Assembly: GCA_044892525.1 (NCBI GenBank)
Contig: CM097885.1
Span: 237,772,001 to 237,836,000 of the forward strand
Length of the DNA: 64,000 nucleotides
DNA from: Schmidtea polychroa
Taxonomy: Eukaryota
Direction of reading: 5' to 3'
The notes beneath the pieces were generated by a model. The model was given only the letters and a program-made list of their open reading frames with translations. It searched no databases and had not been told where the DNA came from. Below are positions 1 to 12,675 of the stretch, piece after piece. Made by a program: the position numbers and the translations under genes. Position 1 is the first letter of the stretch. Every line of letters begins with the position of its first letter.

Positions 1-490
1 CAAATCCATCATGGACGTAAAATTAATGAAAAATAATTAAAAATTCGAAATTTAAAAATAAAAACAAAAATTATGGCACAAAAATTGCCATTAAAAATAT
101 CAAAATCGCAAAATAGAAAATTCTGGAATAAAAAGAATTCGAGTTTGTTTTAATGCATCAATACATACACGTGTACAAAATAGGTATATATACTGACACG
201 TTTCAGTCACAATCATCACTTTTATGCCAATATTTTATTGTTGAAAATCTTACGAAAACTTATAGTGAGTAATTTTTCATTATTATATGTTTTATGTAAT
301 CATTTTAATGTTAATATATGTTTCATGTAATCATTTCAATATAATCTACCTTTCATTAGCATATTTAAAAACCTATGATTTTTCTCATTATATTTTTTTT
401 ACGACTGATCAGCGACGTCTCAGTGCGTCTCTATTCAGTCCTGCATTCGATAGTAATGCAGCCTTCTAAAATGAAATATGCAGACATGCA

Positions 491-492
<2 letters not shown>

Positions 493-560
<68 letters not shown>
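493..560. repeat. (AT)n microsatellite
   Basis: Pure AT dinucleotide run. Confidence 0.95.
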
Positions 561-566
<6 letters not shown>

Positions 567-2089
567 TTTTTGTTCGGTCATCGGAGGTCGGCCACTTCAT
601 GGTTCTACCATGGAGTTGTGTCGATAAAACCCCTCCGCTATGGCTCCATATACTTTATTTATCGGTCGACAGTGATGTTTCGACTCAACACAACAGTATG
701 GCTTGTCGTAGCGGTCACAGTGGGGCCGTGTAAGCAAGCATTCTTCCCGAGTTCGAATGCAGTACACAATTAAACTCAACACTAAAAATCTCTACAACAC
801 AAACATCCTAAGGTTAATAAACAGAGTAGAACTCAGACCTAAATTAATCACAACTCAACATTCATACCTAATGTGGACGGTTGAATTCATCAAAATTCGG
901 CCTATGCGTTGTCGAACATAGATTTGGAGATGTCCCACATAAAAGTTCTAGTAAAATAAAGATTTCCGTCAATGATTGATTTAGTAATACGGGCCTCCAT
1001 GAAAGTGTTAGACATGCGTATCGGCAGGGTTTGGATGTTAAATTGAATTAACTTCAAGCGAACGATAAAAATACTAACCGTAGTAGTATAAAACTCCATA
1101 AAACCATGAATTGTATTTGTAGCTTTAGTTACTTTTGAAGGGAAATTCGGATTAATTATAAATGTATAAATCATAAATTTAACTTCTGGAAATTATAAAT
1201 TACTAATTATATTAACGTTAAAAACTATAAACTATAATCTATGTCAATTATAAAATATAAATCATGAATAGTGCTATATAAATAGTAAATGTAACCAATT
1301 CTTAAAATACTTGTATATAAATTCATAAGTTGTAAATAGTCATGTATAAATTATACATGTATCAGGGTTATAAAATATAAGTTATAAATAATTATATAAA
1401 ATTTTTTTCTATTATTATAAAATATAAAGTATAGATGGTTGCACCTAACTTATACATGTATCTTGATGCTCGAAAAAGGAACCCATAATTAGCTATAGAT
1501 AAATTCTGTCTACGAAAATAGTAATTCTAAATAATTATATGAAATTTTTGATTACAAAATACAAAGTATAAAGGATTGAATATAAATTATACATATATCT
1601 TGATTTTATAAAAATAAACTATATATAAATTATAAAATTATATATAAATTTTGATCCTAAAAAATAAAGTATAAAATGGTTATACATAGAGGTTGAGTAT
1701 AAAATATAAATAGTTATATATATATATATATATAACTTGTAAATATAGAACTAAATCATAACTGGCTATATATCAATTTTGATCGAAAACTATGAAGTAT
1801 AAACAGCTATATATAAATTGAGTATAGATCTTGATTAGTAAAATGTGAATTAGAAATAACCATTTGTAAAGTATAGAAACATAATTCATGAACCATACCT
1901 AAAATATAAATTAGAAGTCATATTAACTACCCAGGTTCCGAACGTAACCTGCCCAATTTGTAAAGTCTAATATCAGTCACCTCCAGAGATATGATCCTAT
2001 GCCAAGGATATGAAATATAAATTTTCGTTAAATTATAAATTCTAAATGCATACAAATTAAACTAAGAAATATAATTCGTATTAGTATTA

Positions 2090-2230
2090 TCATTATTGTT
2101 ATTATTATAACTGTCAGTATTATCACTATTATTACCTCTATTATTATTATTGTTAGTGTTATTATTATTATTATTATCATTATTATTATTATTATGATTA
2201 TTACTATTATTATTCTTCATATTATTATTC

Positions 2231-2291
<61 letters not shown>

Positions 2292-2300
2292 TATTTATTA
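2090..2300. repeat. (ATT)n microsatellite, partly degenerate
   Basis: Long ATT run. Confidence 0.9.
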
Positions 2301-3471
2301 GTAACTACAGAAAATCCAAACTTGATTGAATAATCGATTTAGGATTTCCCCTCACAACTAAATTTAGAACCTACCCTTTTGCCCAATAAGAACGATCATA
2401 ATTCCTAAAGGCTATTTTTAGTAACACCCCCCCCCCCCTCGGAGAAAATGCTAGAACTATTAATTAAATAAGAACATGGGTAGATACATCTATATAGATA
2501 TGTGTGCAAACGTGGGTAACTATACGTATATAATAAGTTAATTTAACCCAAGCTTGTCAGTGACGGATACATCTTAATTAACTTAGCGGCCCCAGAAATT
2601 AAAAGCCATGTAAAACCTACATTGTTGACTTAAACTAATTCATCGAGAACACTAGGAATGCATTGAGACAGCCGATAACAACTATTGAACTCCACGAAAT
2701 CCACTGCATGAATTATCGATAAATGACAAAAGTACATCTTACTTAAAATTAAAAGCGCTATCAAAAGGGAATATTAAATTAAATTATTCAACAAAATTTC
2801 TAACATAATTAGATACAAACCAAACTAAAGATACCAACACCGAGTCATATAAAATTCCTTAAAGGCGCTGAACAATCGGCCATTCCGTCCGAGTGAAAGA
2901 TTTCTACCAAATAAATCTAAAATCGAAAAGTTATTATTGATAAATAGAGTACTTACAAGTTAATCAAAGGAGATTACACCACTCATGACGAGCACAACCG
3001 AGGGATAAGTAAGTAAAATGAGAAGCTAGGCTCGTCAGTGATACTTATCGCCCCAGTGTACCCGAATTTAGTGGTAAATTACTAACAGGATCCGATTTCC
3101 TAAATTCAAAGAAAAAGTGAAGCATTAAATTTTGAACTACCAGCTAGTGGTAAACAAGATTTTGAAAATTTAAAAGATTGAATTAAACAAAGTTAATTAA
3201 ATTTAAGATATATTTAGTTAAAGTATGAGATTTACGAAAACTTTACTCAGGATTATTGAATTTTTTTTTTGTTAGAATAATTTCGAAAATCCAGGTTGTA
3301 ATTGCAGTCGTTTTTCTTTTTTCTTCATTAAATTTCTTTTTAACTGAGATACAACTATCAAAAATTTTAACTGTGAATGTAAGATTTTAATTATGAACCC
3401 CGTTGTTCGAGTCCCTTTAAGACTCATATCAGTCTGTGCCAAATGACCTAAATTAGATTTGCATTATAGAA

Positions 3472-3837
3472 ATGTCTCAATCTGACGACTCAAACGGTGA
3501 TGAAGCCTACAATCAAATGATCACGCGGCTCCGGACCCGGTACATCTGGTATCGGATACACGATTGGAACCGGGGGTTGGACCTCGATAATTGCGGTCCG
3601 GTCATCCGAAGTGGCCCAGAGCCCGATGCCCCGGCGTGGGTAAAAGTAGAGCCCACCAACAACGTGTTATGGGAAGCCCGCGATCGAGCGGCCGACGAGG
3701 TAGTAGAGGCCCAGAAGCGGCTGAGAAGACTCGAGCTCCAACTCAAAGCCGAAATAATGGGAGTAACTCCTGAAGAGCTGGAGGAGACAGATGCCCCTCC
3801 ACGAAAACGGGGAAGGCCCCGTAAGAACCCGGCCTAA
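3472..3837 (+). CDS. LTR-encoded 121-aa protein with coiled coil and C-terminal AT-hook
   Basis: GC-rich ORF in AT-rich surroundings; ATG start after a possible splice acceptor; ends RKRGRPRKNPA (AT-hook core RGRP). Confidence 0.6.
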   Translation: MSQSDDSNGDEAYNQMITRLRTRYIWYRIHDWNRGLDLDNCGPVIRSGPEPDAPAWVKVEPTNNVLWEARDRAADEVVEAQKRLRRLELQLKAEIMGVTPEELEETDAPPRKRGRPRKNPA

Positions 3838-4155
3838 CTTATCGATAGTAACAATTCGGGCGAACTATTTAATCTAATTAGTGATACTATGTGGTGTTTG
3901 ACTTTTTGTTTTGTAACAACTATGACGAACTGTAGCGATTTTTATTATTAAAACTTTTTGGTCGTGCGTATTCATAATATAATAAATCATCTTTTAGCCA
4001 TTATATAGAAGTCTTATTGCATATGGGGTGTCTCCAGGGACAGGATGACCCCCCCCCCCCCCCCCTACTCTTCAGTACTAATTTTATGAAAATAATCGAA
4101 TTACCTTTATGCACATGGAAACGAGTGACGAAATTTTATTATTGTTTTCCTTCAG

Positions 4156-4628
4156 TGTACAAGCTACTTGAAAATCTACGAAAAGACCGCGAACAGGCCC
4201 AGCAACAATCCGAGGACCTTCGAAGTCGAGTTGAGAAGCTCAAAATCAAGTGCCGGGAACTCGAAGGCACTTGGTTCAGTCCGGCTGAGATGAAGAAACG
4301 GACAACGCACATCTCACGGCTTCAGATCCAGGCGGAGCAAGACCAACTCGAAATCCGAGCGTTGAAGCTACAAGTACGCTCGCTCGAGAGCAAACTGAAT
4401 GAAAAATTCATCCAGGACGCCCTCCAAGAGCAGATTCGTCCTCTTCAGGTGGAGCTAGCCAAGATATACCCACCTGCCCAGGCAAGCAAGCCGAAACGTA
4501 AACGGCTAGGGCGGAATACCCGGGAAAAATTGAAAAAGGCCTGGCTGGCCGAGCAAGAAAAATCGAAAGAGCCTGCAGCCACTCCACGATCCCGAGGAAC
4601 GTTTGAGAGTGTAACCCCTCCTGAGTAA
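4156..4628 (+). CDS. LTR-encoded coiled-coil protein exon with basic NLS-like tail
   Basis: GC-rich coding-like part of ORF 4017-4628 starts right after TTTTCCTTCAG (acceptor at 4155); heptad-rich; KPKRKR motif. Confidence 0.5.
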
Positions 4629-4978
4629 AACATACCTTGTAATATAGCAGTGATTAAATAAATGATTCTTGTTGTCTAATGCATATGTGATCAAACTTTG
4701 TGATGGTCCAGGACAAGACGGTCGGCAGAGAGGCGTTTGGGAAAACAATCTCGATGAGGGACCGAAATAAATCGGACACGTGCCTTCTATCGGCGTCCGT
4801 GAACCCATAGAGTGCTCGACAATTATAGTGCTCTTAAGGCGCTCACTTTTTGCGAGTACTCAACCCCTTGGTACAGTACCAACGTTGATTGCTCAACGGG
4901 TACCAAGAGGAAAACAATGTTGTATTCTGGGTTACGCTGGTAACAGCACGTAAACATTCAACCACCTGTAACCCACCA

Positions 4979-5173
4979 GAAATTCAAGAGGTCACGGCTT
5001 TCAGTACAAGGCAAGGACAGTTTTGTTTTAACCGACTTCCTTTTGGACTAGCAACCGCCCCTGCGACGTTTCAAAGAATGATGCACTCAATGTTGGATGG
5101 AATATTATTTAAGGGTGTTGTTGTCTACCTCGACGACATTCTTGTCTATGGAAAAGACAAAGAGGAACAAAAT
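4979..5173 (+). pseudogene. Gypsy reverse transcriptase segment, isolated by two insertions
   Basis: TAFSTRQGQFCFNRLPFGLATAPATFQRMM...YLDDILVYG; reading continues at 19479 (KEE-HNNRLEEVF). Confidence 0.93.
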
Positions 5174-5289
5174 AGTAGAGGGATAGCGGCCCACTAAACC
5201 AGCGGCCCTCTGGGACAAAGACATACCCCCCTCCCCCCTCCCCCCGTCGGTAAGATTTTCAAAAATATTCTAAGTCTAAAAGTACATTT

Positions 5290-5640
5290 TTTTCAAGGTC
5301 AAATTTAAACAAAGACATATGACTCATCAAGGTTATTGAAACAAAGACCATGACTCATCCGATGATTCATCAAATTTTTCAAGGTCATTTAAACAAAGAC
5401 CATGACTCACCCTATGACTCACCAAGGTCATTTTCAAGGCCATATGACTCATACTATGACTCACCAAGGCCATATTTTTGAAGGTCAAGGTCATATTTAA
5501 AGGTCAAGGTCATATTTTAAAGGTCAAGGTCATATTTTAAGGCCAAGGTCATATTTTTAAGGCCAAGGTCATATTTTTAAGGCCAAGGTCATATTTTTAA
5601 GGTCAAGGTCATATTTAAATTTCCAAAGGTCAAATAAGGC
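5290..5640. repeat. Subterminal motif array (TGACTCA, CAAGGTCA, AACAAAG), mirrored at ~19020-19390
   Basis: Short motifs repeated many times in both arms. Confidence 0.85.
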
Positions 5641-5884
5641 CAAACCTTCACACAAGGGTATCATTCGAAAGGTATTTGAGAGGTAAATATGATGGTCAAA
5701 CCCTCGAAGGTGAATGGTGGGTCCTTGGCCTTCAAAGGGTACAAAACCTTCGAATTTTTTCAAACTATAATATATTTATCAAACAAAAGGTAATACAAAG
5801 GTAAATATGATGGTCATACCCTCGAAGGTGAATGGTGGGTCCTCGATCTTCAAAGGGTAACAAACCTACGAATTTTTTAAAACT

Positions 5885-5944
<60 letters not shown>

Positions 5945-6442
5945 TCGAAAGGTATTTGAGAGGTCTATCTAATGGCTATACCCTCAAAGGTATATGGTGG
6001 GTCAATAACCTTCAAAGGGTATCCAAAATTAAATATTTTTCAAATCATATAATATATATATCATTCAAAAGGACTTTTGATGGTGAGTTCGAAGGTCCAA
6101 GGTTCAAAAATTTTAAAACCTTATAATATACATATCAAACAAAAGGTAATTCAAAGATGAGTATGATGGTCCAAGTTTGAAGGTCAAAGAGTCCAAGGAT
6201 CCAAGGTTTAAATTTTTCAAACCTTATAATATACATATCAAACAAACGGTAATAAAAAAGTACTCATCGATGACTCATTTATTTCTTGAACAAACTCATC
6301 ATTTTCAGAACATAGACAATGACGCGCCCATGGGATTTATTATTTATTACTATCAAATGTATTATTATTATTTATTATTATTAATTTCAATATTATTTAT
6401 TATTATTATTATTTTCGAAGATATTTTCAAAATTTATTATTA

Positions 6443-6590
<148 letters not shown>

Positions 6591-7614
6591 TCATCAAGTT
6601 TTAATTATCAAGGTAATTTAAACAAAGACTTTATAATAGTCGCTGAGTCACCAAGGTCGTTCTATTTTTAGTAACAAAGACATCTATTTTTAGTAAATAT
6701 TTTTTATATAATTTTAGTAACATTTTTGATCCGATGACTCCCCAAGGTCGTTCTATTTCAGTAACAAAGACATCTATTTTTGTTCCAGCGGTTTATTTTT
6801 GTTTTAATTATCGATTACGAAATAATTACTTTTTGTTTAAATCGTTGATTATATAATAATATTTTTGTTTTGATTATCGAATACGTAATAATTTAATTTT
6901 GTTTAAATCGTTAATTATATAATAATATTTTTATTTTTGTTTTAATTATCGAATACGTAATAATTTAATTTTGTTTAAATCGTTGATTATATAATATTTT
7001 TTTTGTTTTAATTATCGATTACGTAATAATTTAATTTATCATTATTATTGGAAAAGATATTAACGCCCGCGCGGAAGTTGTTATTTTCAAAGTTTTAATC
7101 ATTATTATCACTATTATTATTATTATTATTATTATTAATATTATTATTATTTGTATTATTATTATTATTATTATAATTTGCAAATATTCATAAAACTTAA
7201 TTTCTACGTCAATTTCATGATTTTCAACATTTTCATCATTTGCATGAATATTTTAATAATTTTCAATATTTTCATAATATCCAACTTTATCAACATTTTC
7301 ATGATTTTCATAGTTATTAATATTTTCATGGATTTTTAACATTTTCATAATTTTCACGATTTTCAATATTTTCATGATTATTTTCTTCAAAATTCTTATT
7401 TTATTTATAAAATATTATTATTATCATTTTCAAAATTATTTTCAAATTTCTTATTATTTATTTTCAAAATTTATTATTATTATATATACTCCTAGTCTAT
7501 CCGACAAAATATTTTGTCCCCCTAGGGGTACTGCTCACATTCAACATGTCCCAAGGGTATTAATATTATTATTATACTTTTAACATTATTATAACTCTAT
7601 AATTATTATTTTAT

Positions 7615-8670
7615 TATTTTCAAGGTCATATTATTATTATCAAAATCTTATTATTTTCAAGGTCATATTATTATTATCAAAATATTATTATTTTCAAGGT
7701 CATATTATTATTTTTCGAAATATTATTATTTTCAAGGTCATATCATTATTTTTCGAAATATTATTATTTTCAAGGTCATATTATTATTTTTTGAAATATT
7801 ATTATATTCTAGGTCATATTATTATTTTTCGAAATATTATAATTTTCAAGGTCATATTATTATTTTTCGAAATATTATTATTTTCAAGGTCATATTATTA
7901 TTTTTCGAAATATTATTATTTTCAAGGTCATATTATTATTTTCAAGGTCATATTATTATTTTTCAAAATATTATTATTTTCAAGGTCATATTATTATTTT
8001 CAAAATATTATTATTTTCAAGGTCATATTATTATTTTCAAAATATTATTATTTTCAAGGTCATATTATTATTTTCAAGGTCATATTATTATTTTCAAGGT
8101 CATATTATTATTTTCAAGGTCATATTATTATTTTTCAAAATATTATTGTCCCAAGGGTATTAATATTATTATTATACTTTTAACATTATTATAACTCTAT
8201 AATTATTATTTTATTATTTTCAAGGTCATATTATTATTTTCAAAATATTATTATTTTCAAGGTCATGTTATTATTATCAAAATATTATTATTTTTAAGGT
8301 CATATTATTATTATCAAAATATTATTATTTTCAAGGTCATATTATTATTTTTCGAAATATTATTATTTTCAAGGTCATATTATTATTTTTCGAAATATTA
8401 TTATTTTCAAGGTCATATTATTATCAAAATATTATTATTTTCAAGGTCATATTATTATCAAAATATTATTATTTTCAAGGTCATATTATTATTTTTAAAA
8501 ATATTATTATTTTCAAGGTCATATTATTATTTTTCAAAATATTATTATTTTCAAGGTCATGTTATTATCAAAATATTATTATTTTCAAGGTCATATTATT
8601 ATTTTTCAAAATATTATTATTTTCAAGTTCATATTATTATTTTCTAAATATTATTATTTTCAAGGTCATA
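7615..8670. repeat. Minisatellite of TTTTCAAGGTCATATTATTA / TTTCAAAATATTATTA units, mirrored at ~16915-17430
   Basis: Dozens of ~20 and ~37 bp tandem units. Confidence 0.92.
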
Positions 8671-8759
8671 TCATTATTTGTTCCTTATGTTTGAAAAACT
8701 TTAGTAGATGTCAGAGTTGTGGTGTCATAATCCATGAATCTCATTCAGTGTATTTTTGA
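8664..8759 (+). pseudogene. C-terminal half of an IAP-type RING finger (paralog remnant)
   Basis: GHIIICSLCLKNFSRCQSCGVIIHESHSVYF* aligns with GHVIVCSKCHEKNVHNCQACSTLNNEYHTIYM*. Confidence 0.7.
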
Positions 8760-8787
8760 AATAAATGTTGTAAAACTCCTATTATTA

Positions 8788-8898
<111 letters not shown>

Positions 8899-9435
8899 TT
8901 TGCAAAGTTCTAATTATTATTTTAATTTAGAAGTTTCAATATTATTATTTACTTAAATATTCATAAAACTTAATTTCTACGTCAATTACATGATTTTCAA
9001 CATTTTCATCATTTGCATGATTATTTTAATAATTTTTAACATTTTCATAATTTTCACGATTTTCAACATTTTCATGATTATTTCAGGAACTTTTCATCGA
9101 ATATTTTTCAAAGTATTATTTTCAAAGAATTATTTTAAAATTATTTTCAAAGTTTTTATCAATATTATTGTTATTATAATTATTACTATTATTATTATTT
9201 TTTGCGAAGTTCTTATTATTTTATTTTCGATGTTTTATTATTATTTACTTCATAAATCATAATTCATAATTTTTAACGTTTTCATCATTTTCATGATTTT
9301 TAACATTTTCATAATTTTCACGATTTTCAATATTTTTATGATTATTTTCTTCAAAATTCTTATTTTATTTATAAAATATTATTATTATCATTTTCAAAAT
9401 TATTTTCAAATTTCTTATTATTTATTTTCAAAGTA

Positions 9436-9502
<67 letters not shown>

Positions 9503-9507
9503 TATAT

Positions 9508-9579
<72 letters not shown>

Positions 9580-9680
9580 TCCTAGTCTATCCGACAAAAT
9601 ATTTTGTCCCCCTATGGGTACTGCTCACACTCAACAGGTTGCAAGGGTACTAGTCATGCTTATTATTATTGTTATACAAT

Positions 9681-9980
9681 ATGATGTTACTTAGACATTT
9701 GAAGGTTCTACCATGGTTACAATGTCTAGATTTTGAAAACACTAATTTGATTTATGATTGGATAGCAAAAACCGATTTGATTGAAAATAAGCTAACGAAA
9801 AAACTGAACGATGTTAAGAAAAGGTATTTAACTTGTTCAATTTGTAAAGAAAATCAAGTTTCGGTTTTGTATTTACCGCGTGGTCACGTAATTGTTTGTT
9901 CTAAGTGTCACGAGAAGAAAGTTCACAATTGTCAAGCCTGTTCAACACTGATTAATGAATATCATAATATATACATGTAA
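9681..9980 (+). pseudogene. Internally deleted gene with C-terminal IAP-type C3HC4 RING (left-arm copy)
   Basis: CSIC...LPRGHVIVCSKC...CQAC, with one Cys changed to Arg; lacks ~490 bp present in the right-arm copy; 3' end partly duplicated at ~9993-10100. Confidence 0.8.
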
Positions 9981-12675
9981 GTTCTCAATACTTGTCACGT
10001 AATTGTTTGTTCTAAGTGTCACGAGAAGAATGTTCACAATTGTCAAGCCTGTTCAACACTGATTAATAAATATCATAATATATACATGTAAGTTCTCAAT
10101 ACAATATCAAAGTCAAATGAATTATTACCATACATAATGACGGTACTATAATGTAGAAAATTTTCAAACATTGAATAATATGAAATCATCTTGGTAATTA
10201 AATATATTGGGCGCAACTACCAAATGTTGATGATATGATGGATGGTTTGGTATTTATAATATTATTTTTAGATTATTCAGAATGAAATATACCCATGAGT
10301 TCATCAAAATGGAAAAAGATCTTCGCAAAAACCATGAAGATGCTGGAAAAGCAGAAGAAACCCTAACCAATATTTTAAAGTTGCCATTATATGTTGCAGT
10401 AGTATTGGTTATTATTGTTTCGTAAATAAATGTTTTAATTTGTTTTTATAAATTTATTGTTTTATTTTAATACCTTTTGATTAAAACATATTCATTATTA
10501 ATTCATTTTGTTTTAATATTTGTATTAATTTTTTTTTTAAATAGTATTATTTATATATATGGAAATTTACAATTATATATACAATTATATATTATATACC
10601 ATTATATTTACAATTATATTTACAATTATTATAAATCATAATGATGCTTTTCTTCTGTCCATTGATTCTCCTCTGATATTACTGCCGTAATCATCTTCGA
10701 CAAAATGCAAAGATAATATTTCTAGTGTCTTTGTTAATCATGCCCATTTATTGCAAAGTCTTTGTTAATTATGCACTTGTATTGCAAATTTATTAGTCAT
10801 ACAATTATATTATTTTTTCATGCCCTGACATAATATTATTATTTATTATTATTATGATTATTTTATTTAACAATACCATATAGCAAATTTTTAGACAATT
10901 TAGTGAAAGGTTATTTTAAATATAGCGATTTCTTAAGTAAAATATTTCCAGATAAATTTACCATTTAGTTAGAAATCCCTGGTTTTTGGCTGTACCATTT
11001 AATTAAAATATTCTTGGATTCATAACAAATATTTTGATATAGTTGATACATATACCAATTATTTCAATTATTTAACTAGAAACATAACTGAATTCTTAGG
11101 TAATATAGTATTTTTTAGTTAATTTATAAATATTATCTGACATTTTGATGTATCAATGCAATATACAACAAATTAATCAATAAAAACCATAGCATTTTGT
11201 AAGTATCTATATATAGTCTAAATTTATCCGACAAAATATTCTGTCCCCCTATGTTTATTTGTCGAAAGGGTACTGGTCACATGTCGCAAGGGTATATTAA
11301 TTAAGGCATATGTATATTAGTTAAAAATTCTTAGGTAATTTAGTGAGAAATGGATGATCATAGATATCAGAAATTCGTGAATAATTTGAATGTAACTTAC
11401 CGAATTCTTATTTCGAGCGACTAATTTATTGGTTAACTTTGTAATGTTTAGTCATTTATTATTTAGCAAAAGGTAATATATGCATATTTAGCATTTCATA
11501 GGTAATTTATTCATCTAGTGTTCATTACAATAATTTATATAAATTCGTGAGAAATGCATGGTCATTAATATATTTATTGATAATTTTGGTATAAATTCTT
11601 TATCATTTGGAGTAAATTTCTATCTTTGTTCGAGGCAAAAAGGAATCATAATAGAAACATGATCATTTGGTTATCATTTAACCATTTAAAGTGCTTATTA
11701 GTTAGAAATATAGGTTTTCAATTCTTTTCTAATTTAATAAGATGATCATTGGGTGTAATATACCTTTGTGAGAAATATATGGTCGTATAGGTTAGGATGT
11801 TTGAGTAACTTTTACCAAAACATGGATATTTTGTGCGATCAATTTATGAATATTGCTTAATTTTCTCATTTTTAGTCATTTAAAATAATATTTAGCAAAG
11901 GTAATTTAGCAAAATATCATTGAAAGATTTATCCATCCGATAACAATATTCCTTCAATAAATATTTTACCCTTAATATTCAACCGATTTAATTTCTAGAA
12001 ATCTAATTAAAATCATAAATTTCCTTCACTGATATCCACACCATGAATAAAATAACTTCTTAAATAAAATAATTTAAAGCAATAACCTTTGATATCAATC
12101 CCAATTAATTCTAAAGATTTCAAATATTTCATTGTCAAAACCAAGTAAATGGATCATTAACCCTAAAAGACTTAATAAAACAGTGGATAATTAATAAAAA
12201 ACTGGTTCTAAAACAAAAAATCTAAATTACTGTGCAATGACATTCATCACAGCCTAATAAACCACTAAAACGATATAATTTCACAGGAACTATTATTAAT
12301 TCATAGCTAAATACTGACTATTTCCCTTTAAAATTTGATATTTTACCAATAAGAACATTGTCGATTTAAATAGAGATTTCAAACATTTTCACCTTAACCG
12401 ATCCCTCATCAAATATTTCTACGCCTTTAAATACCCCCTTAAAAATCATATATTACCATCTTAACTGAACCTTCACTAAATCCAACCGACTTTAATATAT
12501 CAGCCCTTTAATATATCAATTCTCTTAAAATTCATACAAAATTCTTCAAAATATGAATTTTATTTAATTTTTACAGACTTCAAACATTCTTCCATTGAAA
12601 TAATTTATTATCTAAATTCATATAGTAAGAGCCTACTAAAAGATCAAAATTCACTAAAATCAATATTTTCTACAA

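Larger units (their letters stand above)
1..4978 (+). mobile_element. Giant (~5 kb) LTR of a gypsy-type element (Burro-like); 5' end lies before the window
   Basis: 1-211 matches 54837-55047 and ~4865-4978 matches ~56520-56642, the LTR end that precedes a PBS. Homology stops at ...TGTAACCCACCA (4978), which abuts Gypsy RT codons. Confidence 0.75.

Noticed and set aside
375..773. ORF with a YIYIYI run
   Set aside because: Translation of an (AT)n microsatellite.
4889..4978. N-terminus of ORF 4889-5197 and the similar ORF 22865-23062
   Set aside because: Both are translations of the conserved LTR 3' end, not a protein family.
7615..8670. CRISPR-like regular repeats
   Set aside because: No unique spacers, no cas genes, eukaryotic context; it is a minisatellite.
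10282..10425. 47-aa ORF with a hydrophobic tail in the foldback arm
   Set aside because: Short, no recognisable family, and frameshifted in the mirror copy (~15610-15755).
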